A stretch of DNA of 64,000 nucleotides from the human T2T-CHM13v2.0 reference genome, Homo sapiens, in NCBI RefSeq assembly GCF_009914755.1, contig NC_060928.1, one strand, 5' to 3'. Of the stretch, positions 1 through 10,919 are shown piece after piece. How positions within the stretch are numbered: the first letter of the stretch is position 1; each line of letters begins with the position of its first letter. The translations under genes were made by a program, and so were the position numbers. Below the pieces are notes generated by a model that saw only the letters and a list, made by a program, of their open reading frames with translations, had not been told where the DNA came from and searched no databases.

Positions 1-315
1 CATATTTTGGAACAGGGCTGTGTCATGGCTCTATGTCACCATGTTTCATGGTGGGCCTTTAGGGAGGGTAAGTGTGTAAACATTCACTTAACAACAGATG
101 TATGGACAAGTTGTGAAAGTAATGACTAATTGACTGCCATTCGGGATTTATTTGGAAATCTTTTGACTTCAGCTCCACCACACTTAATGATGAATGAAGT
201 CTCTTTCTCTAATAGAGGGAAACAGCAAGCTTGGGCCCAGAGCAGGCACTCTGAGATGTGACTACAAGTCATAGTGTTTCAGTCCATGGATATGAACAAA
301 TAGAAACAATGAATC

Positions 316-392
316 TAAGGTTTCCCACTTTTTTTATATTGAAAATAACAAATATAAGGTTTCCCACTTTTTTGATATTGAAAATAACAAAT
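316..392. repeat. 39-bp tandem duplication (2 copies)
   Basis: taaggtttcccacttttttt-atattgaaaataacaaat occurs at 316 and again at 355 with one T>G mismatch. Confidence 0.95.
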
Positions 393-728
393 TAGTTATA
401 TAAAACACAGTAACTGATTTCTTTGCATACTTAAAATAATTCAAATGGAAGCAAATATGGTTGAATTTTAAACATTCTAATTCTATAGTGCTTATTATTG
501 GTTGTAGAAAGAAAGTATAATTTCTGTTTTCTGTGGGGCGTAGTCTATATTTTATTATTTCTGCTAAAGTGTAGAATGGCCAAATGTACAAGTCTTCTTG
601 TTAATTTTCATGGTTTTACTATAAAGGACTATATGTGACTACAATTAATTTTCTTAGTAACCATATTTATTCCATCAAGAAGCAATTTCCTTTCTCTTAC
701 ATCATGGTTACCTCTAATTTGTTGAAAG

Positions 729-772
729 AAGATGCAGAACAATTGGAGAGAAGACGAAAGAATATTAAGCAG
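729..772 (+). other. Candidate 44-nt internal exon (unverified)
   Basis: Purine-rich, GAAGA-rich block between aag| and |gtatta. Open in two frames (EDAEQLERRRKNIKQ or KMQNNWREDERILS). The acceptor is weak and I recognise no protein. Confidence 0.2.
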
Positions 773-1629
773 GTATTATTGGGATTAGTAATTGGAACTT
801 TTTATTTTTCTCAAAAAATAAAATCTATTTATTTATTTATTTATTTAGACTTTGCTTCTTTAAATATAAAGCTATCACAGAGTACCAAACTTTTAGTTTA
901 TGTTTAACGTTATAAGGACTCCATCTTATTAGATTCAGGTAAAAATGTCGGTAATTGGGAATAAATGGAGCTGATACCATAAAAGATTTAAAAGCTTTCT
1001 TTATGGTCTTATCCTTATCCATTGCTCTAGATTCCTGAATATATTTTGGATCCAAATACATGAAAAAATGCAATTTTCAAACATTTGACTGCTTAAGTGT
1101 ATTATATCACCTCCATGACTTGAGTGAGTCTGTCATTCAGGAATATAAGTAGGTAAGAGGAAGAATATTCCAGTACTTACTGGGCTAAATAAAGAATATT
1201 GGTTTATAATCTGCTCTCCATTCACTCCTTCTGTTTCATTAACTTAAAGAATTCAGTAGTACGTTTTCCAACAGCCACATTTTGTAACTCCCCACAATCA
1301 TCCTCCTGCTATTTGTGGCTTCACGTACATCCCCCATTTGTTCTTCACCAGTGTCACATAGGCCTACCTAGTCGTATTTGGGCAAAAGTAAAGCTAGTGA
1401 AAATTTAGCATATTTAATCATAGATCTTAGACTAACACAAAGGTGGGGTAATGATAGAAGATTGATATAAAATGAAATATGCACTGACAAAAAATAGCAA
1501 GGTCATCAATTTCCTGTAAGAATTAGGTGGGAGGAAAAAAATATTTGCGAGGTGACAGACTGAACAGAGGTAGCCTGGGTAATATAAAGGTGGACAAAAG
1601 GAAATTTTAAAAAGCATTAATGTTAAGAA

Positions 1630-2055
1630 CTTATTATAGAACATGAAGTCTTATCTTACTTGCAAGCTGAGACAATAGGCTTCCAGTTTCATACACACTG
1701 GCACGAGACTCCTGAGTGAGAGACAGGCATTATTATGGCACAGCAGGCAAGGTGAGCTTCTTGTTCCTGTCACTTCCCTTTCCCAGGTCCCAAGGGGGTA
1801 ATGTTGAGCAGTACACAAGTGGATGCTGCACATATATATAGTTGGTTCATGTAACAGCTGAAAACCCTTGAGTTTAGAAAATTTCCATCTTTTAATGTGG
1901 GCTGGTAGAAAACTTGCCCAAATTTTCACATGGATGAAGACATTATCTTTAATATCCTAGTCTGGAAACAAACATGCATTCTGCCCTGGAGGAAGCCACA
2001 ATCTCAATCTTTCAAGGCTGTCTGCATACAAATGTCCCAAACTTATAGTTTAGAA
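1630..2055 (-). mobile_element. ERVL-class solo LTR, MER74/MER73/MER54 group
   Basis: The reverse strand ends ...agcttgcaagtaagataagacttca, resembling the 3' end of this LTR group as recalled. Boundaries are approximate. Confidence 0.5.
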
Positions 2056-2059
2056 CTAT

Positions 2060-3760
2060 AGCTGATAGAAGACATTTAGAAACACCATGGAGGATTCCTT
2101 CTCAAGAGTTAGGAGAAGAGTAACTAATAGAGAAGAATTATAAATCTTCCAAAATACAAAAAAGGACAAAATCTGAAAAATTAAATAAAGAAAGACAACT
2201 ATGTGAAAAATACTGAGTAAATATAACACAAAATGATAGTGAAAGGAGACAGACAAATTCCTAAGCAGACAAGGATGGGTCCCTGGTGAAACCCGACCTT
2301 CAAGCCAAAGACAGCCCGAAGCCTGAAAACCAAACTGCCAGTTCTGGATAGATTCCATGACTGGAGTGAAAACTTCCTCAATGCTATTTAACCAATTAAA
2401 TGGTACTTTTTCCGAGACCACTCATAGAAGAATCAGCACACACTTGCCCATTCAGAGCCCATAAAAACACCGGACTCAGCCACATAGAGGGCTTAGGTCC
2501 CCTTTCTTCTGAGAGCTTTCCTTCTGTCACTCAATAAAATTCTTCTCTGCCCTACTCACTCTTTGATGTGTGCATACCTGATTCCTCTTGGTCCCAAGAC
2601 AAGAACACAGAACTTGCTGAGCTGTGGGCAGCAAGAATAAGCAGGGGCAAGCTGTAACATGCCCCTGCTTGCTGAACTGTGGGCAGTTGAAAAGAGAGAG
2701 AGCTGTAACATTTCCTGGGGGCTCAGATCTTGGAACTTCCCATGCATAAGCTATAACACCACTTAGGACTCCACAGTTTCTGGCATCTCTGAGTTTTCAG
2801 GCACCACCACATTCCCCTTGTCTTGTCTAGACACTGGTGCCCAATACAGAAGTCACTTGTAGCACTGCCAGTCCAGCTGTGGGCTGAGTGCAGAGCTGTG
2901 GTGGGTGCAGGATCCATACTGACAGCATAAGCCAAGCGCAGCCTGCTAGGCTGAGTGGGTGAAGCAAGCTCCATGGGCCCCAGCAAGGCCCTGGGCAGAG
3001 GTCACAGTGGCTGCAGAGATTTCTGGCTGGTGAAGCAGCATTGAAGGAATCCTGTAACTCTGTAATCCCCGCTCCCACTTGCCGAGCAACAGGGGAGAAA
3101 AAGCCTCTGGGCATCATTCCCTCCCACTTGCCAAACTACGAAAGCTGCAACAAAAATATATTTAAAATAAAATGATAACAATTATGATACCAAACATATA
3201 CATTATACGATTAAATGTAAATAAGATTATTCCTCTTTAAAAGACAGGTAGTTTTAGGATGGCTTGCAAAAAATATTCCTTCTCTGTGTTTTACACAAGA
3301 TGTGTACCTAAAAGAAAGAGATAACACAATAAAGAGTAGATAAAGGTATATCAGGCAAATAGAAGCAAAAGAGATATGGAGATTAATATCTGAAAAGGTA
3401 AAATTCACATGAAAAATCAACAAGAGAAAAGATACTTTCTAATATCTTAAAATACAATTTCCATAATAAAGATATAACAGTTATAAAAACCTACCACCAA
3501 ATAAGACAGCAACTGTCTTCAAAAAACACTGTCAACAGGAAGACAAGAATAAGTTAACAAAAGCACAATGAAAATAGGTGACTTGAACATATCACTCATG
3601 ACCTAAGCTAAGTCAAATGATTAAAATATAAGAACTTACAATGGGTGAATGCTGTAACAAATAAGGTTAATTCTATGGACATATAGTGAACTTTAAATCT
3701 AGATAATAATATAGCTTCTTATCAAATGCACATGGATAATTCAAAAGACATAGTGGTATA
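2060..3760 (+). mobile_element. Old L1 (L1M) fragment covering the start of the ORF2 endonuclease, split by the LTR at 2234-3152
   Basis: 3190-3370 is a degenerate match to the L1 EN N-terminus (ttaaatgtaaat...aaaagacag...ggatgg...tgtgttttacacaagatg...atatcaggcaaat). The sense strand is A-rich. Confidence 0.7.
2234..3152 (+). mobile_element. ERV1 solo LTR, HUERS-P group (LTR27/LTR28-like)
   Basis: TG...CA termini, start tgatagtgaaaggagacagacaaattcctaagcagac...ggtgaaacccgaccttcaagcc, AATAAA near 2533, 4-bp TSD aaaa/aaaa. Confidence 0.8.
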
Positions 3761-4456
3761 GGGATACAGTAATTATTTTATTTAGGTTTATAAATTAAAA
3801 TAAAATATTTGCATTAAAATGAAACATCTAAGAACCAATTTATGACCTAACTTTCTAACAAATCATAATAAAGCTCCCTCTGCCTGTCAGGCAACCTGTC
3901 AGGCAATATCCTAGGCTCTGCTATAGACACATTACAAAGTTCATGTACTTTTCTGTTCTACTTTATATAACCTGGTATCTGTGTGTTATTTCAGTTTTAG
4001 CCTTTCACATTCATTGACAGAATAATTGTATGTAATTTTTATTCAATTGCTAGACCCCATATATAATATTAAAACACACATACTCGTACAGACCAAAACA
4101 TCCATATAAAGTTCTATTTTAAAAACTATCTCCATTTATAACAGCTGAAACAAAAAAACTAAAAATTAACTTGCTGAAGGATTGCTTTATATATTGGTAT
4201 AATTGCAAATAACCTCAGAAAAATTGTGGATATGAGACATAAGATAAAAAATATTAAGGTAAAATGTGGGCTAAAAATGAAATAAATGGCTGAATAAATA
4301 AAAGAAAATGAAAGCACTGTTTATTGTGCATAAAAGAGAAGAATGAGAAGGTAATGAATGTTGATCACCAGTTCTTCTGGTTCCTGTGTGTTGCCTTCTT
4401 TAATGCATCTAAATGTCTTTTTATGCTTTTGTGATTTTAATTTCATTTCTATGCAG

Positions 4457-4680
4457 TATTGCTGAAGCAGAAGATATATCAATATCAGTGAACTATTAGT
4501 GTGCCTCTTTTGAATTATATTTTTTCATCAGTTATTTTCTAAATAGGAACAAACTGAGTGTTTTGAATGTTCCAAAAGAAATCTTAGGAATTACCACGAA
4601 GCTGTACTTATGCAGACTTTCAAAATAAAGAACCAAGAATATTATAATTTAATTAAATAAACATCTTTTCTATTCAAATA
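4457..4680 (+). other. Candidate terminal exon (unverified)
   Basis: U-rich acceptor ttttgtgattttaatttcatttctatgcag|, early stops (YC* or IAEAEDISISVNY*), AATAAA at 4624 and 4656. Confidence 0.2.
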
Positions 4681-6845
4681 ATTTATAGGATAAGGAACTA
4701 GCAAGGCAAAAAGCAATTGAAAGACATTCAGAAATAAAGCTATCTATATTCATAAGGGTTTTATGTATTTGGGAGAGAAGAAAATACTTTGCCTCCTAAT
4801 TTATAGATTATTAGAAAAAAAGATAAAACAAAAAGCGGTATATTCAATTAGTCTAATAAAATATTGAAATAAAAGTTCAAATAGATATAACCTTATGTAA
4901 CACATACTAAATTCATAGAAAATAAGACAGAGCACTGAAACTTAATCACTAGACTACCAGGGAACATCAGTTGACAGAAAATAAAAATGAAGCATGTTAC
5001 CTCTTTATCACTAGAGTTTTAGCTTTGATTTTTCATTTTAAATAACACAGAATAGCATTTTACCTATTGACATAAGCATGTGCATCTTGTACTTTTATTC
5101 TTTCTCTGTATTCATATATTTTATGCAATAGAAATATCAAAATATGTAATTCTATAAAATAGGAAATAATGTCATAGTCACTTGAAATTTGATTATGAAA
5201 TATACAGATGTTTGGAGATCTAGTTTATATATATGTTCCATCCATTACCAGTAGATTGATTCAAATTACATGGCTTACCTCTCCCATCATAGCTTATGCC
5301 CTTTTGTGCTTATCCTGTGTCCTTGGTTTGAAGACTACTGACCTTCATTTGAAATATCACACAGAAAAAAGGTCAATATACAGATAAGTTGATTTTGTCT
5401 AGAAACATTTTCATTGTATTCCCTTCTGAGTATATACTGCAAAAGACATGTGCTTTGGGGAAAGTAGACAGGTCATATGTATACAAAAAAAATTCTGTAT
5501 GTGTGTAGTGGGTTATTTTTACGTATGGAATCCTACTTAGAAGTTCGTTATGTGTTTGTCAGTCCATCCCCATTAAATTCATGTCTTCTCTTCCCTTTAT
5601 ATTACATTTGTCTTAACAAAGGAAGATAATTGTGAACTATATCTTATATTCACAGAATGAAAGCTGGACAGAAAACTCTAGCACTCATTAACATTGGTCA
5701 CCTAATCTGTAGGCTCCTGACTGTCCATATCACCCAATACATTTGAGAGAACAAAATAAAACTTCTAACAAATCATCAAAACCTTTCTGATTTGTTCATG
5801 AGTGGGCAATCAGGTGTGCTGATGAAATTTATATATATGATAGATTATTATATGTTTTATTTATGCTTTTACTATTTTGTTGTTTATTTTCTTAGCTTTT
5901 TAAAAAACAATGCTAATCATCAATAAGAATGGGGCCCCAGACAATTATTATTATCTATATTTCACTGATATTTAAATGAGAGTGAACATACATGTAACTT
6001 AGTCCAGTATCTTAAGAACAGGATAATTATCTGAATTATCTATTAGTATGAATCTTTCTTAGTAAAATACATCAGATTGTATCAAGTCATAATGGAATAG
6101 TGCTGTTTCTTATTCTCTAGCCAAATCTTCTCCTCCCATTCTCCAAACAAGTGTTTAATATCCAGTCACTCAATATGATGCAATTATTATGTCTAAACCT
6201 TAACAAGGGTCATAATATATGAATTTAAGAGCTAGAATACATCTAAAAAAGAAAATTAATTTTTACATGTTGTTCATATTAAATGCCTCTATTTCAGAGT
6301 TAATATACAAATTGTAGATTATTTTACCCATATAGCCAAGCTGTTCTATTTGGGGCAAAAAATACTTAAAATTATGTATGCCATCCTCTGAAAATTTAAA
6401 CAAATATTTTACAATAGCTCATAAACATTTTTGACTATGTTAAATATGGTTTTGGTAGGAAAAATGTTCTGTAGCAACATGCTATGGAAGTGTCACCCTC
6501 ATTATCTAAAGAAAGATGATGGCTAGGGATGATTAGCATCATCCCTAAACTATTAACTTTTTTTTTTTTTTTTTTAGGAGAAAAGGGCACTTCAGGAAAG
6601 CAATCTAAACTAGAAGTATTTTAAAATGTAGCTCCTTGGATTTTAAGACCAAAGTTTTCCATATAGCTTATCTAAAATAGGATGTAGTACTCTGTACTTT
6701 TAAAAACATCCATGTGATACTAACAAAAATGGTTTGTGAATTGTTTTGTAAAGCATTATAAATGATTTTTTTTTCAACTTTTTTTTCAGTTTGGGAAGGT
6801 ACCTGGGTTGTCAAAACTCAGACTTCTAATGTTCAATGCTATTAG

Positions 6846-7966
6846 TGATAGCAGCAGGAAGCAGACAAATCCTAGGCAGATATGGGGGATCTCAGGTGAA
6901 ACCCCACCTTCAAGCCAGAGAAGGTTTAAAGCCTGAAAGCCAAGCTGCAAGTCAAATTCATGGACTGGATTGAGAACTTGTCTTCCTGTTTGGTGCTCTT
7001 TCCTCTTATTGATCCCCACACTTCACCTATTTTACATATACCTACCCTTCCCTAATTGGCTTTTTACATTGTCATGCCCACCTTTGTGTGGTGACTTTGT
7101 TCTAACCTGTTTTGCATACTCAAAAACCAATCAGCACGCACTCCCCATTCTGAGCCCGTAAAAGCCCCAAACCCAGCCGTATTGGGAGAGAAACTACCAG
7201 ACTATGGGTGGGGAACCACCTTCAAGATGAGAGATGGTTTGTCACTCAATAACATTCTTCTCAGCTCTTCTCACCCTTTGACTGTCAGCATATCTTCATT
7301 CTTCTTGGATGCAGGACAAGAGCTCAGGGCCTAGCAAACGTGGGTACAGAGAAGGCTAAAACACCATGGCCCTCTGCCCTCCGCTGGTTGGGGGCAACCA
7401 CCCCGTGAGATGGAAGCAGCAGTGGGTCCAAGCTAGCCCTGGAGCCACGGGCTGGAGAGGGCAAGGGGCTGACAAAGCTGTTAATGTGCCACTGTCCTTG
7501 GGGGTGTAAATGACAAGTCTAAAAAAGCTTATTAGCATGCTGCTAACACCTGCTCTGGGGCTTCAGGGCCATAGGCACCCCTGCCTGGGTGTCACCTTGT
7601 TCCCCTTGTCTGAACACTGGAGTCTACCATGGGAGTGGCTTGCGACACGCCTGGTCCAGCTGCAAGCACCACATGGAGTCTGCTTCTGTGCTTCTATGTT
7701 GCTTGGAACAGGCTGGAATGGCTCAAGGCTTGGAATGGCTGGCTGGACCCTGCACTCGCTCACTCACATACCCACTCCCACTAGGGGCTGAGTACACAGT
7801 CACAGCAGACACAGGATCCAAGCCAGAGCTCAGGCCAGATATGGCCCAGTGAGCCTAGTGGACAGAGTGTCCCCTGCAGTGAACCTGGGCCTGAACAAGG
7901 CTTGGACCAGGGCATTGCCAGCTGGGGGTCTCCAGCTGACAAGTGACTGAGAAAAATCCTGCATCA
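6846..7966 (+). mobile_element. ERV1 solo LTR, HUERS-P group (LTR28/LTR9-like)
   Basis: Starts tgatagcagcaggaagcagacaaatcctaggcagat...ggtgaaaccccaccttcaagcc and ends aaaaatcctgcatca. TSD ttag/ttat. Confidence 0.8.
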
Positions 7967-9040
7967 TTATTTATAGCTGAAGGTTGTAGGTGGAGAGAAG
8001 GAGGGTAACTGATTAAGTGTCCTTCATTCTATGGTATCAAGTTACATCTTCCCTCATTTGCTGCTGACACCAATATTTGCCATTCAAAAATGCATAAATA
8101 TGTTAATTAATGCTCTGAGCAAATCAAAGTCAAAATTCTGTCCTTTTAAGTTGGTTAGCATAGGTGAGATACACTGGAACTTTCAAAAAAGAGTTTAAAC
8201 ATATCAGAAGACTAAGAAAAAGAAATAAAATATGTATAATTTAAAGTCTGTCCTGTGAAGTACAAATTTTCAGTCAAATCTCAGTTATCTTTTATTTTAG
8301 AGATCACAAATTTATTTCTCTTTTCCCTCTGGACCATCACATCTCAAAAAGACTTCTAATTTTAGATGTGCCAATGAAAAATACCCAAGTTTCAGATTAT
8401 ATTTTGTCTCCTTCACACAGATCTCTGAATTTATTTTGCTGTCCTTTGAATACAAGTTCACCATAATGCGTAATATTGTAGTATCTACTTAATAAAGGGA
8501 CACCCATATTCTGTAATAGGGTATATATTAGGGTATAAAATTATTTACTGTGCTTTAATTCCCTCTTTTTATAATAAGCCAAGTAAGTCCCAGAGAGGTT
8601 AAGTAGCTTGCATAAACTATTAACGGGGATTTAATTACAAAGCCTATCTCATATCTTTATTGTGTATATTAAATTTAGTAAAGACTTTTGTAATCAATAA
8701 AATGCCTTATTAATATAATATTAACATATAGTTATATATAAATATGCTGCATAGTGTTATATATAATTTATAATAGACAACATATAATAATGTTTTACTG
8801 TTATTTGTTAGCATGAAATCTAACTTCTTTAATATTTATCATTTGGAATGAGGATTAGAAAGAATTCTCACATGTGAATTGACAGAATTTCAATTTATAT
8901 TCCTTTTATTCCCTACTGTTTGCTTCATACCTCTGCACTGGAATTTTTGCTAGTGTTTGGAGAGTTTCCTTGGTAGGAATTTTGAGGATAGAATACCATC
9001 TGATAATTTTAAACAATAACGTTAAAAAGAATACATTGTC

Positions 9041-9320
9041 GGCCAGTCACAGTGGCTCACGCCTGTAATCCCAGCACTTTGGGAGGCCGAGGAGGGTGGA
9101 TCAAAAGGTCAGGATTCAAGACCAGCCTGGCCAAGATGGTGAAACCCCATCTCTACTAAAAATACAAAAATTAGCCAGGCATGGTGGTGGGTGCCTGTAA
9201 TCCCAGCTACTCAGGAGGCTGAGGCTACAATGAGCTGAGATTACACCACTGCACTCCAGCCTGAGTGACAGACAGACTCCATCTCAAAATAAATAAATAA
9301 ATAAAATAATTAATAATAAT
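9041..9320 (+). mobile_element. AluS (Sg-like) with a 32-bp right-arm deletion
   Basis: Alu dimer with the ggatcaaaaggtcagg 2-bp-deletion diagnostic, (AAAT)n tail and TSD aatacattgtc (9030-9040 / 9321-9331). Confidence 0.95.
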
Positions 9321-9602
9321 AATACATTGTCTTAGGGTTTAAAATGATATAAAAATCAAAATCAGTAGAGAATATATTAGTCTAGGGTTGGTTCTTATAT
9401 GGATCAGAACACTAGCACGTGAATTCAGTATCCTTTCCTTAAGATTTTTGCTTATATTATTTAAAGTACTCAAAGAGAATTAATTCAAATAGAATACACA
9501 TTTTTAATCTAACATTCAAAGGACTACTTTCTTTCCTTAAACAACAAATTACTCCGAAGGGGAAACTTGGAATACTAAAAAAATCACAAAAATTAAAATT
9601 CC

Positions 9603-9869
9603 TTTTTTTTTTTTTTTTGAGATGAAGTCTTGCTCTGTCGCCCAGGATGAAGTATGGTAGCGCAATCTTAGCTCACTGTAGCCTCAGCCTCCTGAGTAGC
9701 TGGGACTACAGGTGTGTACCACCATGCCCAGCTAATTTTTGCATTTTTAGTAAAGACGGGATTTCACCACGTTGGCCAGGCTGGTCTTAAACTCTTGACC
9801 TCAAGTGATCTGCCCCCAATCAGCCTCCAAAAATGCTAGGATTACAGGTGTAAGCCACTGTGCCTGGCC
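9603..9869 (-). mobile_element. AluS (Sz/Sx-like) with the same 32-bp right-arm deletion
   Basis: Poly-T followed by a reverse Alu, left arm gatcacttgaggtcaag, TSD taaaattc (9594-9601 / 9870-9877). Confidence 0.95.
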
Positions 9870-10379
9870 TAAAATTCTACAAATATACAAAATAGGCTTC
9901 TCTATATTCAAGTCTTTCTTTGGCCATAATAAGCACTTTCCCGGTTTCCTTGGGAGTTTTTCTTCTCAATTTTGCTCTATTTAACTAGGGAAATGTCTTG
10001 AAAGTATTATAGATATTGACTTGCCTCTGTTCATATAATTTTTTGAGTACTCACAAGAAGATACATTAAATAAATTACCCATCTTGGTGATTTTTCTATA
10101 TTAAGAAAAAGGAATTGTCTAGATGGTAGAAACCCAGCCACACCTATCTATGCCACTTTTAGAAAGATCATTAGGCAATTTATTTTCAGATTTCATGTCC
10201 CATAATTATCGAGGAGGTAGTCTCACCTAGCTTGGGATCTTCAGTTACCTTTTTTTTTTCTCCTGGGAATAATTATTGTACCTATGCTACAATATTTCAG
10301 GACTACTTGACTGTAGCGTCAGACCAGATTTTTTTAAACTGCTAAATTTTCTTTTTTCTTGGAAAAACACACAATACTT

Positions 10380-10491
10380 CATTATTATATTTTTAAGTCT
10401 TTTGTAGTGATGTCTACTCTCATTCCTGATGACCATTTGTCTTCTTGTATTTTTTTAAACAGTTTAGCCAGAGGCTAAAGAATGATATCAA
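10380..10491 (-). mobile_element. Old L1M ORF2 fragment (left part, continues at 15261)
   Basis: ttttgtagtgatgtctactctcattcctgat...agtttagccagagg...tatcaa matches antisense L1 ORF2 and resumes colinearly after the ERV. Confidence 0.6.
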
Positions 10492-10919
10492 TGGTTTCTG
10501 TCTGAATTCTCTGAAAGGCAAACATCAAAACAGAATTTTTTGTGCAAAGGATTTACTATGAAGATTCTCATGAAGGATAAAGGAAGAGGGAAAATTAGGA
10601 GAAAACCTTCAGACCACAGTGCAGTCTGACAGCTATGAAAAGAGAAAGGGAAGGAAGAATTGAGTGGGAGACCTTCAGGCCACAGCATAGTTCTGAGAAA
10701 TCGTTGGCTGTGGCAATGGGTTTACCGGTAAGAAGTCCTTTCTGTGTTAGGCAGAAATAGGCCAGGACTGGTACCCTGGCCCTGCCTTGTCTTTGACAAA
10801 GAGCAGTTCCAGGTTACTGTTGCCTAAATGAATGCCAGTGCAGCTAATTCTATCAGTCAATTCTCCCCATCAGTTTGCCTTGAAAGAGATTTGAGAAAAA
10901 TACTTCCATGGGTGCCACA
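10492..10919 (-). mobile_element. LTR16-family LTR (3' LTR of an ERVL provirus)
   Basis: aaaccttcagaccacagtgcagtctgacagctatgaaaagagaaagggaagg...gcatagttctgagaaa is typical of antisense LTR16. It ends gggtgccaca next to the internal 3' end. Confidence 0.75.

Noticed and set aside
1141-1152. 12-nt micro-exon cag|GAATATAAGTAG|gtaaga
   Set aside because: There is no polypyrimidine tract, and motifs this short arise by chance.
2600-2715. Internal repeat (cttgctga.ctgtgggcag...agctgtaacat) twice
   Set aside because: Such internal repeats are a normal feature of this LTR group. They are not CRISPR-like or novel.
6524-6576. Hairpin plus T-run as an intrinsic terminator
   Set aside because: The DNA is primate nuclear sequence, so bacterial terminators do not apply.
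2234-7966. Two related same-orientation LTRs as a single provirus
   Set aside because: Each has its own TSD, their lengths and structures differ, and the intervening DNA is L1 plus unique AT-rich sequence with no gag/pol.
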